Shown here one piece after another: positions 31,484 to 41,817 of a DNA stretch of 64,000 nucleotides (the stretch's first letter is position 1; the number at the start of each line of letters is the position of its first letter). The notes beneath the pieces are model-generated. The model saw only the letters and a list, made by a program, of their open reading frames with translations, did no database searches and had not been told where the DNA came from. The translations under genes and the position numbers were made by a program. The DNA lies in contig PLNR01000002.1 of assembly GCA_003141835.1 (NCBI GenBank), forward strand, positions 78,026 to 142,025, given 5' to 3'. Source of the DNA: Candidatus Omnitrophota bacterium. Lineage in GTDB: Bacteria > Omnitrophota > Gorgyraeia > Pluralincolimonadales > Pluralincolimonadaceae.

Positions 31484-32677
31484 ATGTTCACGACCACATC
31501 GGTTTATTTTTTACTTTTATTTCTTATTTTCTGGAACTACTGCGGTTATCTTATCCTGCTCTGTGTCGTATATTTCCTGAACAAAAAGGGGCCCGCGCAA
31601 AATAATGCCGGGGACGATTCTTTAAAAGTAGCGGTTCTCGTTCCTTGCTACAATGAGGAAGGGTACGCGTCGCAGAAGGCCGAAAACACCAAAGCCCTTA
31701 ATTACAACAGTGAAAGGCTGGAGGTGTTCTTTCTTAACGGGCTTTCCACGGATAATACGGGCGCAGAGATCAAAAAAGCAATAGAAGGACGCCCGAATTT
31801 CCACATCATAGAAACGGGATGCGTAGGTAAGATCAACCAGCTTAATGTGGGGCTTTCCGGCATAAAAAACGACGTGGATATCGTCGTATGCACCGATATG
31901 GATACCTTACTTGCCCCGGATTGCCTGCTTCAGTTAGGCGCTGTCTTCAAGTCAGACGCCAGGGTCGCGGCGGCAGGCGCGAACATAACCCCTGAAAAGG
32001 CGATCGATATAGAAGAGATGCACTGGAGCGACCAGAATTTTTTCCGGATACTTGAAAGCGTTGCCCTTACTTCTTCCATAGTAGTTGCGCCATGTTACGC
32101 CTTCAGGAGAGGCACGATAGACAGGTTTCCCGACGATTGCGTCGCCGACGATATTTATATCGCCTTCAAGGCGAACACGGATGGCCACATAGTTAAATAC
32201 GTGGAATCGGCGGCAGGCCGTGAACTGAGAGTACCCCGCACGTTCTCCGAATATTTCTCCCACAAGTTCCGCAAGGGGAACGCGTACATGATAGAGCTTT
32301 TGCGTTTTTTCTACCGCATGCCGCATATGTCCGGCTGGTGGAAGATGATCTACATAACAAAATTTCTGCAAGTGGTAATAATGCCGTGGCTGATCCCATA
32401 CTTCCTGCTGTCATCGCTCTCCTTGCTTCTAAGCGGATGGGGGTTGGCGCAGATCCCCGTGATGGGAATAATATTTTTGTTCATCTCCCTGGTAGCGACT
32501 TCGTCAATAATAAGGACGGAAGGAAGCAAGTTCTATAAGAATAAACGCCTCAAGATAGGGCTGAGGCCCCTGGTCTTCCTGATCAATAATTTTATACTGA
32601 TAGTAATAGGCTTGAGCTACCCATTTTACAAACAGGACAGCGCGTATTCAAAACTGGGGAAGGACAGGGGCTTATGA
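31484..32677 (+). CDS. Membrane-bound GT2 glycosyltransferase.
   Basis: N-terminal TM segment. GT2 core (VLVPCYNEE, DMD, the conserved D's). Four C-terminal TM helices. 397 aa. Confidence 0.7.
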   Translation: MFTTTSVYFLLLFLIFWNYCGYLILLCVVYFLNKKGPAQNNAGDDSLKVAVLVPCYNEEGYASQKAENTKALNYNSERLEVFFLNGLSTDNTGAEIKKAIEGRPNFHIIETGCVGKINQLNVGLSGIKNDVDIVVCTDMDTLLAPDCLLQLGAVFKSDARVAAAGANITPEKAIDIEEMHWSDQNFFRILESVALTSSIVVAPCYAFRRGTIDRFPDDCVADDIYIAFKANTDGHIVKYVESAAGRELRVPRTFSEYFSHKFRKGNAYMIELLRFFYRMPHMSGWWKMIYITKFLQVVIMPWLIPYFLLSSLSLLLSGWGLAQIPVMGIIFLFISLVATSSIIRTEGSKFYKNKRLKIGLRPLVFLINNFILIVIGLSYPFYKQDSAYSKLGKDRGL

Positions 32678-34074
32678 GTAAGATACTTCTGCTGAGCCCT
32701 CCGTACCTGCCGGAGTATATGCGCAACGCAAGGTGCGACTTCGTCTCCTTATCGGCAACGCAGTGGTACCCGATCTTATTGGGTTATTGCGGCGCATATT
32801 TGGAAGGCAAAGGTCACGAAGTTAAACTTATTGATGCACCAAGCCAGCGCCTCAACCATGAGCAGGCGCGCAAGATCGCAACAGATTACAGGCCGGATTT
32901 GCTGGTTTTATATACCGGCTTAATGAGCGAGAAGAATGACCTGGAATTTACCGATTCCCTGCTGGAAAAATTAAAATGCGACGCGGTCATCGTTGGGCCA
33001 TACGCTTCTATCGATCCCGAAGGGACGCTTGGCCGTGCGCGGTCCATTAATAAGTTAGTCGCGGGTGAGTTTGAATATCCGGTCGGCGAGGTGGCCGCAA
33101 GGGGAAAAGCGCAGGGAATAAGGAACCTGTTATATAAGGAGAACGGAAAGGTGGTCCGCAATCCCGCGCGGCCGTATCTCGGCACTAAAGAACTTGACGC
33201 AATGCCTTTTGTCTCGCGTTTTTTCCGCGGCCACATTGATATTTACCGATATAAGACCCCGTCCGAACCGTACCCTTTTATGGATATCATGACCGGGCGC
33301 GGGTGTAAATGGGGATTATGCACTTATTGCCTTTGGGTGCATACTTTCGTAAAGGGGAGCTGCTATAATTTACGCAGTATCGCAAATGTCATGGATGAGC
33401 TCCATTTTATTGAGCGCGATATGCCAGCGGTGCGCTCCGTAATGATCCAGGATGACACTTTCACGCAGGAACGGGCGGCTGAATTTTGCGAAGCCAAAAT
33501 AAGGGAGGGCATCAAGATCCCCTGGTCCTGCTATACCAGGGCCGACCTGGACCGCGAAGTATTAAAACTAATGAAAAGGTCCGGATGCCGTAATCTGCAC
33601 GTAGGTTATGAATCCGCCTCAGAGCGGGTGCTCACATTGATAAAAAAGGGATTGACCGTAGAGAGGATGACAAAATTCACCGAAGACGCGAAGCACTCGG
33701 GTTTGCGTATCCACGGTGATTTTGCCTTGGGTTTTCCCGAAGAGACCGTTGAGGATGCCGAAAAGACCATCGAATGGGCTTACAGGCTCAATCCCGATAC
33801 CGCGCAGTTCCAGCTCATGATCCCTTACCCGGGGACGCCTTTTTACGAGCTTATGGTGAAGAACAAATGGTTGAATGCCTGCGGTCAGCCGGATATGCCA
33901 AAATTCAGCAATGAACAGATACGTATGATGGCCAAGAAGGCTTACCGCCGGTTTTACCTGAGCCCGCGGTATATTTGCAAATGCCTAAGGCACCCGAGGG
34001 ACCATTTTTTTAACAGGCTAAAGACAATAAGAAGGGCCGTTCCGGCCATGTTTTGGAAGAAATGGGAGGTTTGA
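32674..34074 (+). CDS. B12-binding radical SAM enzyme, number 2.
   Basis: B12-domain N-terminus (MSKILLLSPPYLP...). Variant cluster motif CKWGLCTYC. 466 aa. Confidence 0.75.
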   Translation: MSKILLLSPPYLPEYMRNARCDFVSLSATQWYPILLGYCGAYLEGKGHEVKLIDAPSQRLNHEQARKIATDYRPDLLVLYTGLMSEKNDLEFTDSLLEKLKCDAVIVGPYASIDPEGTLGRARSINKLVAGEFEYPVGEVAARGKAQGIRNLLYKENGKVVRNPARPYLGTKELDAMPFVSRFFRGHIDIYRYKTPSEPYPFMDIMTGRGCKWGLCTYCLWVHTFVKGSCYNLRSIANVMDELHFIERDMPAVRSVMIQDDTFTQERAAEFCEAKIREGIKIPWSCYTRADLDREVLKLMKRSGCRNLHVGYESASERVLTLIKKGLTVERMTKFTEDAKHSGLRIHGDFALGFPEETVEDAEKTIEWAYRLNPDTAQFQLMIPYPGTPFYELMVKNKWLNACGQPDMPKFSNEQIRMMAKKAYRRFYLSPRYICKCLRHPRDHFFNRLKTIRRAVPAMFWKKWEV

Positions 34075-36095
34075 TGAAAAAGGCGGTCTCTCCTTTCATA
34101 TTAGTGGGCTATATCTCTATTTTAGTTTTTCTTGTTTATTGGGGATATAACCATTCGTTCTGGACGCAATGCGATCCCACCCTTGTGCCTCAGAATGAAC
34201 AAGCCAGTTATGACGCCTTCGGCCTCTATACTTATGCCAAAGTGGTACACAGGGAACACATCCATCCCCAAAGGGTCTTTTCTACATTATGGGGAGAACT
34301 GCCGTTTTACGTTTACTCCATGGGTATCGGCGTATTCGGCGAACGGTTTTCCAGCATCAGGGAAGTCTTTGCCTTATTCAGCGGATTATGGGGGGCGGTA
34401 ATATTTTTGATCGTTTGGCTAGCGACAAAAAGACCGACGCTTTCTTTTTTTGTAGCTTTGATCTTTATCCCGTTTTCCGGGCATGTGAATTTCCACGCTA
34501 ACCGGGGTTACGCCCATTTTTATACTTTTATATTCCAGGCGCTGTCGTTGTATTTTATGCTGCTTTATTCCAAAAGGAAAAGAAGATGGTTGTTAGCGGC
34601 CGTCGGCCTGATACAGGGGATCTCTTTCGGGTTTAAGTATGAACTGTCGTTACTCGGATTATCGGCGGCGCTGATGGTGCTGTATGCCCTCGAGACCGTC
34701 GAAGCATATAATTACGTAATAACGGAAAGCGGGCATATCGGCTGCGGGCTAAAATACCGGGCATTGAGGATAGCCAAGTTTTTGTCCCTGTTCCTCGTTT
34801 TTGTAGCCAGTTTTTACTTTGTCCGTTTAGGGTTTTTATCCTACCTTTTACTTGTTTTTTGGATAGGTTGTTTTGCGATGTTGCTCTTTGAATTAAGATT
34901 GATGCGGGCTATCCGGCAGCAACCGGACAAACCCGGAGCGCCAGGCAGGCCGTATAACGGCATCTCCGGCCTGGGGAAGGATATTTTCGCTTTAGTAGCG
35001 CCGTTTGCGTTGGTCATCGTGTTGTTATTTGTACATATGTGGCAGGCGACCAACTTTGAAGTGGCAAGGAATTATTTTATCCAATTAACGAATACCTCAA
35101 GCCAAATTGCCCAGATGAATCTTTCCTCTTTGGCTAATCAGGCTGATTACAACTTAATGTATTTTTTATCCAGCCATCCATTTACGCTTCCGCAGATCGT
35201 TACCTGGTTTTTTGGGGCGTTCCTGGCTTATTGGGTGCTGTTTTTCATTAAAGATATGATCAGCAGGGGGATCTTAATAGGATTCTCGCTATTCGCCGTT
35301 TTTGCCGTATTAAAGATCGACCAGATCTATATCCTTTCAATGTTCTATTTTATATCCGCGGTCAGTTTATTATTATGGGCGTATTTTTTGGACCTGGTTC
35401 GCAGGTCGGAAATAAAGCGCCTGCCTCCGGAACTTATCGTTTATCTCTGTTTTATGGCTGTCGGGTCTTTAAGCCTTTTGAGGGAATCGGCAAGTTTCGA
35501 CCTTAATATATGGTCCATGCTCCCCGCGTTGATCGGGAGCCTTGCTTTTGTCGTATATTCGCCGTCCATCGGCAGTAATAAATCCACTTATCTTAAGACG
35601 ATGTGCCTGGCAGCCGTATTTTATTTTGCGGCGGTAGCGTGGTTCCAGATAGAAGCGGTAAACATGGTTTTCTACAGGTTCATGCCACAAGGAAGGCTTA
35701 TGGCCATAGACCGCGAATTCGATCTTTTGATCCCAAAGGAAACAGCCGTCCCCCTCAGGGAAATGAAAGAATACTTCCAGGCCAATCTCGGTAAGGATGA
35801 GTACATTTTTATTTTCAGCGACCACATTTACCCTTATATCTTCACGCCGGGCGGGCTTCCTTGCGAGTACCTTGCGAGCTTCCAGGTTCCCGACAAGAAG
35901 AGGGAGGACAGGATGCTTTTATTATTAAGGACTAAAAAAATAAAATACGTCTTATTCTCATGCGGGATGGCGGCCTATAATTCAGAATTGGCAGCCAGGA
36001 ATTATCCGAAGCTTTACGATTTTATTTCCAAAAATTACGTAAAAACAGACAAGCAATTCCTGAATTTCGTCGTATATAGGAATACTAACACATAA
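34053..36095 (+). CDS. Large polytopic membrane protein of unknown function. GT-C-like glycosyltransferase or polymerase is possible.
   Basis: 680 aa, at least 14 hydrophobic segments, no recognisable soluble domain. Confidence 0.4.
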   Translation: MEEMGGLMKKAVSPFILVGYISILVFLVYWGYNHSFWTQCDPTLVPQNEQASYDAFGLYTYAKVVHREHIHPQRVFSTLWGELPFYVYSMGIGVFGERFSSIREVFALFSGLWGAVIFLIVWLATKRPTLSFFVALIFIPFSGHVNFHANRGYAHFYTFIFQALSLYFMLLYSKRKRRWLLAAVGLIQGISFGFKYELSLLGLSAALMVLYALETVEAYNYVITESGHIGCGLKYRALRIAKFLSLFLVFVASFYFVRLGFLSYLLLVFWIGCFAMLLFELRLMRAIRQQPDKPGAPGRPYNGISGLGKDIFALVAPFALVIVLLFVHMWQATNFEVARNYFIQLTNTSSQIAQMNLSSLANQADYNLMYFLSSHPFTLPQIVTWFFGAFLAYWVLFFIKDMISRGILIGFSLFAVFAVLKIDQIYILSMFYFISAVSLLLWAYFLDLVRRSEIKRLPPELIVYLCFMAVGSLSLLRESASFDLNIWSMLPALIGSLAFVVYSPSIGSNKSTYLKTMCLAAVFYFAAVAWFQIEAVNMVFYRFMPQGRLMAIDREFDLLIPKETAVPLREMKEYFQANLGKDEYIFIFSDHIYPYIFTPGGLPCEYLASFQVPDKKREDRMLLLLRTKKIKYVLFSCGMAAYNSELAARNYPKLYDFISKNYVKTDKQFLNFVVYRNTNT

Positions 36096-38278
36096 TGTTC
36101 AAGATATTATTGGTCAATCCGCCGCGGGAACATGTGGTTAAACCCGATCTTCCGGGGACTATCAATGTTGATCTGGGCGAAATATCTTCGTTCCCCCCGA
36201 TGGGGCTGATGTATCTGGCCCAAGCGGTGCGCCAGCATGACCGAAATTTCAGTGTAAAGATATTAGATGCGGTACCGGATAAGATCTCTTATGGCCGGAT
36301 CGCGGAAATAGCCTTTGACTATTCCCCGCAGGTCATAGGGATCACGGCCCATACGTATACTTTTTATGACGTTTGGAAAACGGCATCCGAGCTGAAGAAG
36401 CGCTTACCCGGGGTGCCTATCGTCATCGGAGGATCGCACATGTATATCTTCCCCCGGGAAACCATGACACACAACTGTTTTGACTTCGGTGTCAGCGGGG
36501 ACGGAGAGGATGTTTTTTCGGGTTTATGCGGATCTTTATATAAGAACATCGAGATAAGGTCATCACCGGGATTATTTATAAGGAAAGGCGATGAGGTTAC
36601 TGGGTCCGGCACGGCCCTGGTCAGCGACCTCGACCTGGTCAAATTACCGGCAATAGACCTTATAGACCACGACAAGTATTACAGTACGATAGGTCAGCAA
36701 AAAGCTGTCGGAACGATCTGTTCATCAAGGGGATGCCCTTTCCGGTGCACGTTTTGCCAGGTCCCGAAAGTCCCGTTCAGGACCCGGTCTATTAAAAATG
36801 TCATACTTGAGATCAAGGAATACGGCAAGGCCGGCGTAGATGATTTTTTCTTTTTTGATGACCTTTTTAACATGACCAAAGGCCGCGTCGTTGAATTTTG
36901 CAATGAAGTACTGGATAATAAGTTAAAGATCGGTTTTATGTTCAGGGGGCGGATAGACCAGATAGACGATGAGATGCTGGAGCTCGCGCGCAAAGCGGGT
37001 TGCCACAGCATTTCTGTCGGGATAGAAGATGCCACGGATGAAGGCCTTAAGGCCATAAAGAAGAACATCACGATAAAGCAGGCTTTTGATTGCGTACGCC
37101 TTATACGTAAATACGGGATACGTTGTTCAACGAATTGGATCATCGGTTTTCCGCACCATAAAACAGCAGGCGATCTTGAACATTTATTGAATACGGCAAT
37201 AAAGATGGATTCCGACTATGCGCAGTTCAGCGTATTACAATGCCTGCCGGGCAGCGAGATCTACGAGCAGGCGGTCAGGGAGAAAGGAATAGACCCGGAA
37301 GCATGGCGTTCGTATGTATTAAATCCCGTGGATAAATTCGAACCATTAATATGGGAAAAGCATTTTACCAAAGCAGAGCTTTTTAAATTCTACGAGCACT
37401 GTTATAAAAAGTATTATTTCAGGCTTAAAGTATTTGCTCGGGAGATGCTTAATCTCAAGAGCGCAGACGAGTTTTTGCTCAAAGTCCGTGCGTTTAAGAC
37501 GGTATTTTTCAAGAAGAGGGAAGAGATAACGAGGGAGAGGGTCACTGAGGCCAACCGCATCTTTTACGACGCAGTCGCCGAAGATTATGAAAAGATAGAC
37601 GGGAGGCGGAACGCAGGGCTTATGAGGTGGCTCAGGTCAAACCTCGAGGGCATCCGTAAGATCTCTCCTGGAGGCAGGTTATTGGATATCGGGTCCGGCA
37701 GCGGTTTGGTTGGCCGCTGCGCAGAAGGGATATTTGAATACAGGGCCGGCATCGACGTGTCAAAGGCGATAGTAGACGCCAACCGTAATTCGTACGATTT
37801 TGTAATAGAAGGCGATCTTAATAAGTTGCCGTTTGAATCGGAAAGCTTCGACGTTATAACATGTTTTGCGGTCCTGCACCATTTACATGGTTTTGAATCG
37901 CTGGTCTCAGAGGTATCCAGGGTCCTGAAGCCGGGGGGAGTGTTTTATGCCGACCACGATATGGATAAAAAATTTAGCGAGAATTTCTACCTACCGCTCG
38001 CGATTTACAGAAGACTGAAAAATGCAAAAGGCCAATACGGTAAAATAGCGGGCAAGGCCGCCTATGACACGTATGATTATGCCGAATGGCAGGCGGACGG
38101 CATAAAATCCGGGGAGATCGTGAAATTGTTCCGGGAGAAAGGGTTTTCCGTCTCCGTCAAATATCACTGGTATGGGCTCTCTTTTTTCACTGACATTGTT
38201 TTTTCCAAAATGCCGTATCCACGAGGATTCGCGCCGGTATTCTCGATACAGGCGGTTAAAACAGGTAAGCGGCCATGA
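36095..38278 (+). CDS. B12-binding radical SAM enzyme (number 3) fused to a C-terminal class I SAM-dependent methyltransferase domain.
   Basis: CPFRCTFC in the rSAM core. The C-terminal roughly 230 aa carry the Rossmann MTase motif I LLDIGSGSGLVG and the post-I acidic residue. 727 aa. Confidence 0.75.
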   Translation: MFKILLVNPPREHVVKPDLPGTINVDLGEISSFPPMGLMYLAQAVRQHDRNFSVKILDAVPDKISYGRIAEIAFDYSPQVIGITAHTYTFYDVWKTASELKKRLPGVPIVIGGSHMYIFPRETMTHNCFDFGVSGDGEDVFSGLCGSLYKNIEIRSSPGLFIRKGDEVTGSGTALVSDLDLVKLPAIDLIDHDKYYSTIGQQKAVGTICSSRGCPFRCTFCQVPKVPFRTRSIKNVILEIKEYGKAGVDDFFFFDDLFNMTKGRVVEFCNEVLDNKLKIGFMFRGRIDQIDDEMLELARKAGCHSISVGIEDATDEGLKAIKKNITIKQAFDCVRLIRKYGIRCSTNWIIGFPHHKTAGDLEHLLNTAIKMDSDYAQFSVLQCLPGSEIYEQAVREKGIDPEAWRSYVLNPVDKFEPLIWEKHFTKAELFKFYEHCYKKYYFRLKVFAREMLNLKSADEFLLKVRAFKTVFFKKREEITRERVTEANRIFYDAVAEDYEKIDGRRNAGLMRWLRSNLEGIRKISPGGRLLDIGSGSGLVGRCAEGIFEYRAGIDVSKAIVDANRNSYDFVIEGDLNKLPFESESFDVITCFAVLHHLHGFESLVSEVSRVLKPGGVFYADHDMDKKFSENFYLPLAIYRRLKNAKGQYGKIAGKAAYDTYDYAEWQADGIKSGEIVKLFREKGFSVSVKYHWYGLSFFTDIVFSKMPYPRGFAPVFSIQAVKTGKRP

Positions 38279-39309
38279 TGAGTGCCATGAAAACGGTAAA
38301 ATTCGGATGTCGACTTCTGAAGGCGAAGATCTTGCGCAGGAATATCCCGTTCGTAGTGCAATTTTCGGTAACTAACAGATGCAACTATAAATGCAGGTAT
38401 TGCTACGCGAAATATTACGAACGGAAGACTGCCGAATTAGACTTAAGGCAGATATTTAAGATGGTAGATGACTTGTGCCGGATAGGGACAGTCAGGATCA
38501 ACCTTGTCGGAGGCGAGCCGTTGTTAAGAAAGGATATAGGAGAAATAATAGATTACATCACGGGTAAGGGGATTGAGTGCGCGATGACAAGCAACGGTTC
38601 TTTAGTCAGGGAAAAGATAAACGATATAAGGAAGCTGGACCTGCTATGCCTGAGCCTGGACGGCGATAAAGCGGCGAATGATTATAACAGGCATGCCGGG
38701 TCATATGATAAGGTCATGGAAGCGATCGACAGCGCGCTTGAGCGAGGCATAAAGGTCCAGATCGCCACGGTATTGACAAAAGAGAGCATTCCATCAATAG
38801 ATTTCCTGGTAAATTTAGCAAATAAGAAGAAGATCAAGATTGCGTTTACAACCCCGATCACGCAGGCATCCGAAGGCGGAAGCAAAGCCATCTCAAATAT
38901 CCCTTCGGACAGAGATCTGAAGGCCGCCATCAAGAAAATAATCAGCCTAAAGAGGATGAAAAACCCAATACTCTTCTCGTACAAACCTTACAAGTTCGCT
39001 TTAGATTGGCCTATCGGATACGATATCGATAAGATCATAGGCAAAAAACCGGGTTTTAAGTTCCCGAAATGCTATGCCGGGAAATATTGGGGGATCATAG
39101 ATGTCAACGGTGATGTCTATCCATGCCCCGCCCTGGTAGGGGTAGTGAAACCGCATAACTGCATAGAAAAGGGATTTAAAGAGGCATGGCGGGAAGTCTC
39201 AAAACACGCATGTTTCACGTGCCATCTCCCGTGCAATAACGAGTTCAATTACCTGTTCGCGTTAGATCCGGAGACCATAATAGACACATGCAGGCACAAC
39301 GGGAAGTAA
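38275..39309 (+). CDS. Radical SAM/SPASM enzyme, number 2.
   Basis: CNYKCRYC. C-terminal 7-Cys SPASM-like segment (CYAGKYW...CPALVG...CIEK...CFTCHLPC). 344 aa. Confidence 0.75.
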   Translation: MMSAMKTVKFGCRLLKAKILRRNIPFVVQFSVTNRCNYKCRYCYAKYYERKTAELDLRQIFKMVDDLCRIGTVRINLVGGEPLLRKDIGEIIDYITGKGIECAMTSNGSLVREKINDIRKLDLLCLSLDGDKAANDYNRHAGSYDKVMEAIDSALERGIKVQIATVLTKESIPSIDFLVNLANKKKIKIAFTTPITQASEGGSKAISNIPSDRDLKAAIKKIISLKRMKNPILFSYKPYKFALDWPIGYDIDKIIGKKPGFKFPKCYAGKYWGIIDVNGDVYPCPALVGVVKPHNCIEKGFKEAWREVSKHACFTCHLPCNNEFNYLFALDPETIIDTCRHNGK

Positions 39310-40817
39310 AGGCGATGAAGGTGTTGCTGATAAAGCCTTACCTTACCATAAATTCCGAAGATTGCGAAACGTACGGGTTATTCCCGCCGATGGGCCTTGC
39401 TTATCTGGCAAGCGTGTTAGAAAGGGACGGATTTGATGTGAGGATCCTGGATTGCCAGATAACAAAATCCGGAAAGAGCAATGCAGGATTAGGCGATTCT
39501 GTAAGAATGGGGATATCAGATAGCGAAATAAGGAAATATATAAACGATTTCAAGCCGAGTATAATTGGCATCTCCAGCAATTTTACCAGTTTTTATTTGG
39601 ACCCCATCAATGTTGCAAAGCTGTCAAAAGGTGCCTGCCCTACGGCCAAGATCGTGCTGGGCGGTGCGCATGCTACGGTTGCTTACAGGGATACGTTGAA
39701 TGTAAAAGAGGTGGATATCGTCGTCAAGGGCGATGGGGAGATGCCTTTCCTGGAGTTGCTTCAGAAGATCCGGGAAGGAAGACATTATCACGATACCTGG
39801 AATATTGCGGCGAAGGACGAGACCGGGAATATAATCGACAATCCCCTGAGAGAGCCGATGACGAAGCTGGACGATCTGCCGTTCCCGGCTTATCATTTGC
39901 TGGACATGGACCGATATATACACCAGCACGGCAAGAACTTCGCTTTTTATTACGCTTCCCCGGCCGGTTTTATCATGACTCAAAGGGGATGCCCCTATAA
40001 TTGCATATTTTGTTCCACGTCGAAGTTCTTTAAAAAATACAGGGAAAGAAGCCCCAAGAACGTGGTGGACGAGATAGAATTCCTGGTCAAGGAATATAAA
40101 ATACGCGAGATCCATATATTAGACGACTGTTTTAACGCCAATGCCGGACGGGTAAAAGAGATCTGCAGGGGCATGATCGACAGGGACCTAAAGATCTCAT
40201 GGCAAGTTGGGCAGGGTATGAGCATAACAAACCTTGACCGGGATTCCTTGAAGTTAATGGTAGAAAGCGGCCTGTACAGGATAGGTTTTTCGATAGAATC
40301 CGGCTCGCGCAAGACCCTTAAGTACATCAGGAAGGCCATGGACCTGGAACGGTCGCTGCAAATAATAGAACAGTGTAATTCCGTGGGGCTTTATACGCAC
40401 GGGAATTTTGTTATAGGCTTCCCCTATGAGACTGTAGAAGATGTCGGGGAAACCGTTGCGTTCATAATGAAGTCGAAACTGGATTTTATCAAACTTACCA
40501 TTTGCCAGCCCTTATCAGGAGCGGACATTTACCAGTCTTTTATCGACGCGGGGATCTTTGACGGCACTCCCAGGGACGGGAGCCATTACCTCCACACCCT
40601 GTACGACACCAAATTCTTAACTGCCTCGCAGCTGAATAATATCCGGACAGGGACCGTCAGGAAATTTTTTATCAATAAGATATTATGCGTATTCAGTGTC
40701 AACGGCCTCAGGTATTCGATCTGGCCGAAAGTCGGGTCGCCCGGGAAATTACGGTATTTTCTTAAAGTGAGTTTTAATATCCTGCGCTTGATAGTCTTAA
40801 GAAGGAATATCGCATAA
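39288..40817 (+). CDS. B12-binding radical SAM enzyme, number 4.
   Basis: MKVLLIKPYL... B12 domain. CPYNCIFC. 509 aa. Confidence 0.8.
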   Translation: MQAQREVKAMKVLLIKPYLTINSEDCETYGLFPPMGLAYLASVLERDGFDVRILDCQITKSGKSNAGLGDSVRMGISDSEIRKYINDFKPSIIGISSNFTSFYLDPINVAKLSKGACPTAKIVLGGAHATVAYRDTLNVKEVDIVVKGDGEMPFLELLQKIREGRHYHDTWNIAAKDETGNIIDNPLREPMTKLDDLPFPAYHLLDMDRYIHQHGKNFAFYYASPAGFIMTQRGCPYNCIFCSTSKFFKKYRERSPKNVVDEIEFLVKEYKIREIHILDDCFNANAGRVKEICRGMIDRDLKISWQVGQGMSITNLDRDSLKLMVESGLYRIGFSIESGSRKTLKYIRKAMDLERSLQIIEQCNSVGLYTHGNFVIGFPYETVEDVGETVAFIMKSKLDFIKLTICQPLSGADIYQSFIDAGIFDGTPRDGSHYLHTLYDTKFLTASQLNNIRTGTVRKFFINKILCVFSVNGLRYSIWPKVGSPGKLRYFLKVSFNILRLIVLRRNIA

Positions 40818-40818
40818 C

Positions 40819-41817
40819 ATGAAGAACCTGGATAAGAGGCTGTATTTGGCCTCACGTTATCTGTTGAGGAAAACCGACTGCAATATGCCTCCACTCAGGA
40901 TGGGCGTAGAGCTTACAAATAACTGTAACCTGGAATGTATCATGTGCCCCAGGGGTGGGATGAGCCGGAAGATAGGGAACATGGATATTGCCGCCTTCAA
41001 GAGGGTAATAGACCAGGGGAAACAGGGCCTGGAGATGGTTTCCCTGCAGGACGCCGGAGAGTCGACATTGAACCCGGGCCTGGCCGAAATGATACGATAT
41101 TGCAAAAAGAACGGAGTCCGGACATTATTATCGACGAATGCTACGCTTTTGCGCGGGAAACTGGCTGAGGACCTGGTCTCGTCCGGTCTTGATTACATCA
41201 TTTTCGCCTTAGACGGGGCCACAAAAGAAACATATGAAAAAATAAGGATAGGGGCAGATTACGATGCCGTAGTGTCAAATATAAAAAATTTTATTACTGA
41301 AAAGAAACGGCGGAACGTCAGGCTATTTTGCACTTTGCAGTGTATCTATATGGATGATACGGAGAAGGAGATCAGGCAGTTCGTGCGCATGTGGAATATA
41401 CCGGGCGTTGACGCGGTAAGGATCCGCCAGATCACGCACGGCGTCGACACCGGCGACCCGAAGCAAAATAAATATTCCAATATCGATTACAAACTGCCTT
41501 GTTATTGGTTATGGAGCGACCCGTATGTTAAGTGGGACGGCACAGTGGTCCCGTGCTGCCAGGACGTTAACGCAGATTACGTCCTCGGGAATATCATAGA
41601 CAAACCGATGAGCGAAATATGGAACTGCCAAAAGATGCAGGATCTGCGCAATATGCACCTGAAAGGCGGGATCGGCCTGGTGCCCTTATGTAAAAATTGC
41701 AATATGTATAAGCCTAAATGGCCTTTTATTTTAGGCAGTTCATTTGTCGGCATAATGCAATTGCAAAAGTTAGTCCCGTTTATTGAAAGTGTAATATGCA
41801 AGAGAAGGTACTCGTGA
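40819..41817 (+). CDS. Radical SAM/SPASM enzyme, number 3.
   Basis: CNLECIMC. C-terminal Cys-rich SPASM (LPCYW...PCCQD...CQK...CKNC). 332 aa. Confidence 0.75.
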   Translation: MKNLDKRLYLASRYLLRKTDCNMPPLRMGVELTNNCNLECIMCPRGGMSRKIGNMDIAAFKRVIDQGKQGLEMVSLQDAGESTLNPGLAEMIRYCKKNGVRTLLSTNATLLRGKLAEDLVSSGLDYIIFALDGATKETYEKIRIGADYDAVVSNIKNFITEKKRRNVRLFCTLQCIYMDDTEKEIRQFVRMWNIPGVDAVRIRQITHGVDTGDPKQNKYSNIDYKLPCYWLWSDPYVKWDGTVVPCCQDVNADYVLGNIIDKPMSEIWNCQKMQDLRNMHLKGGIGLVPLCKNCNMYKPKWPFILGSSFVGIMQLQKLVPFIESVICKRRYS

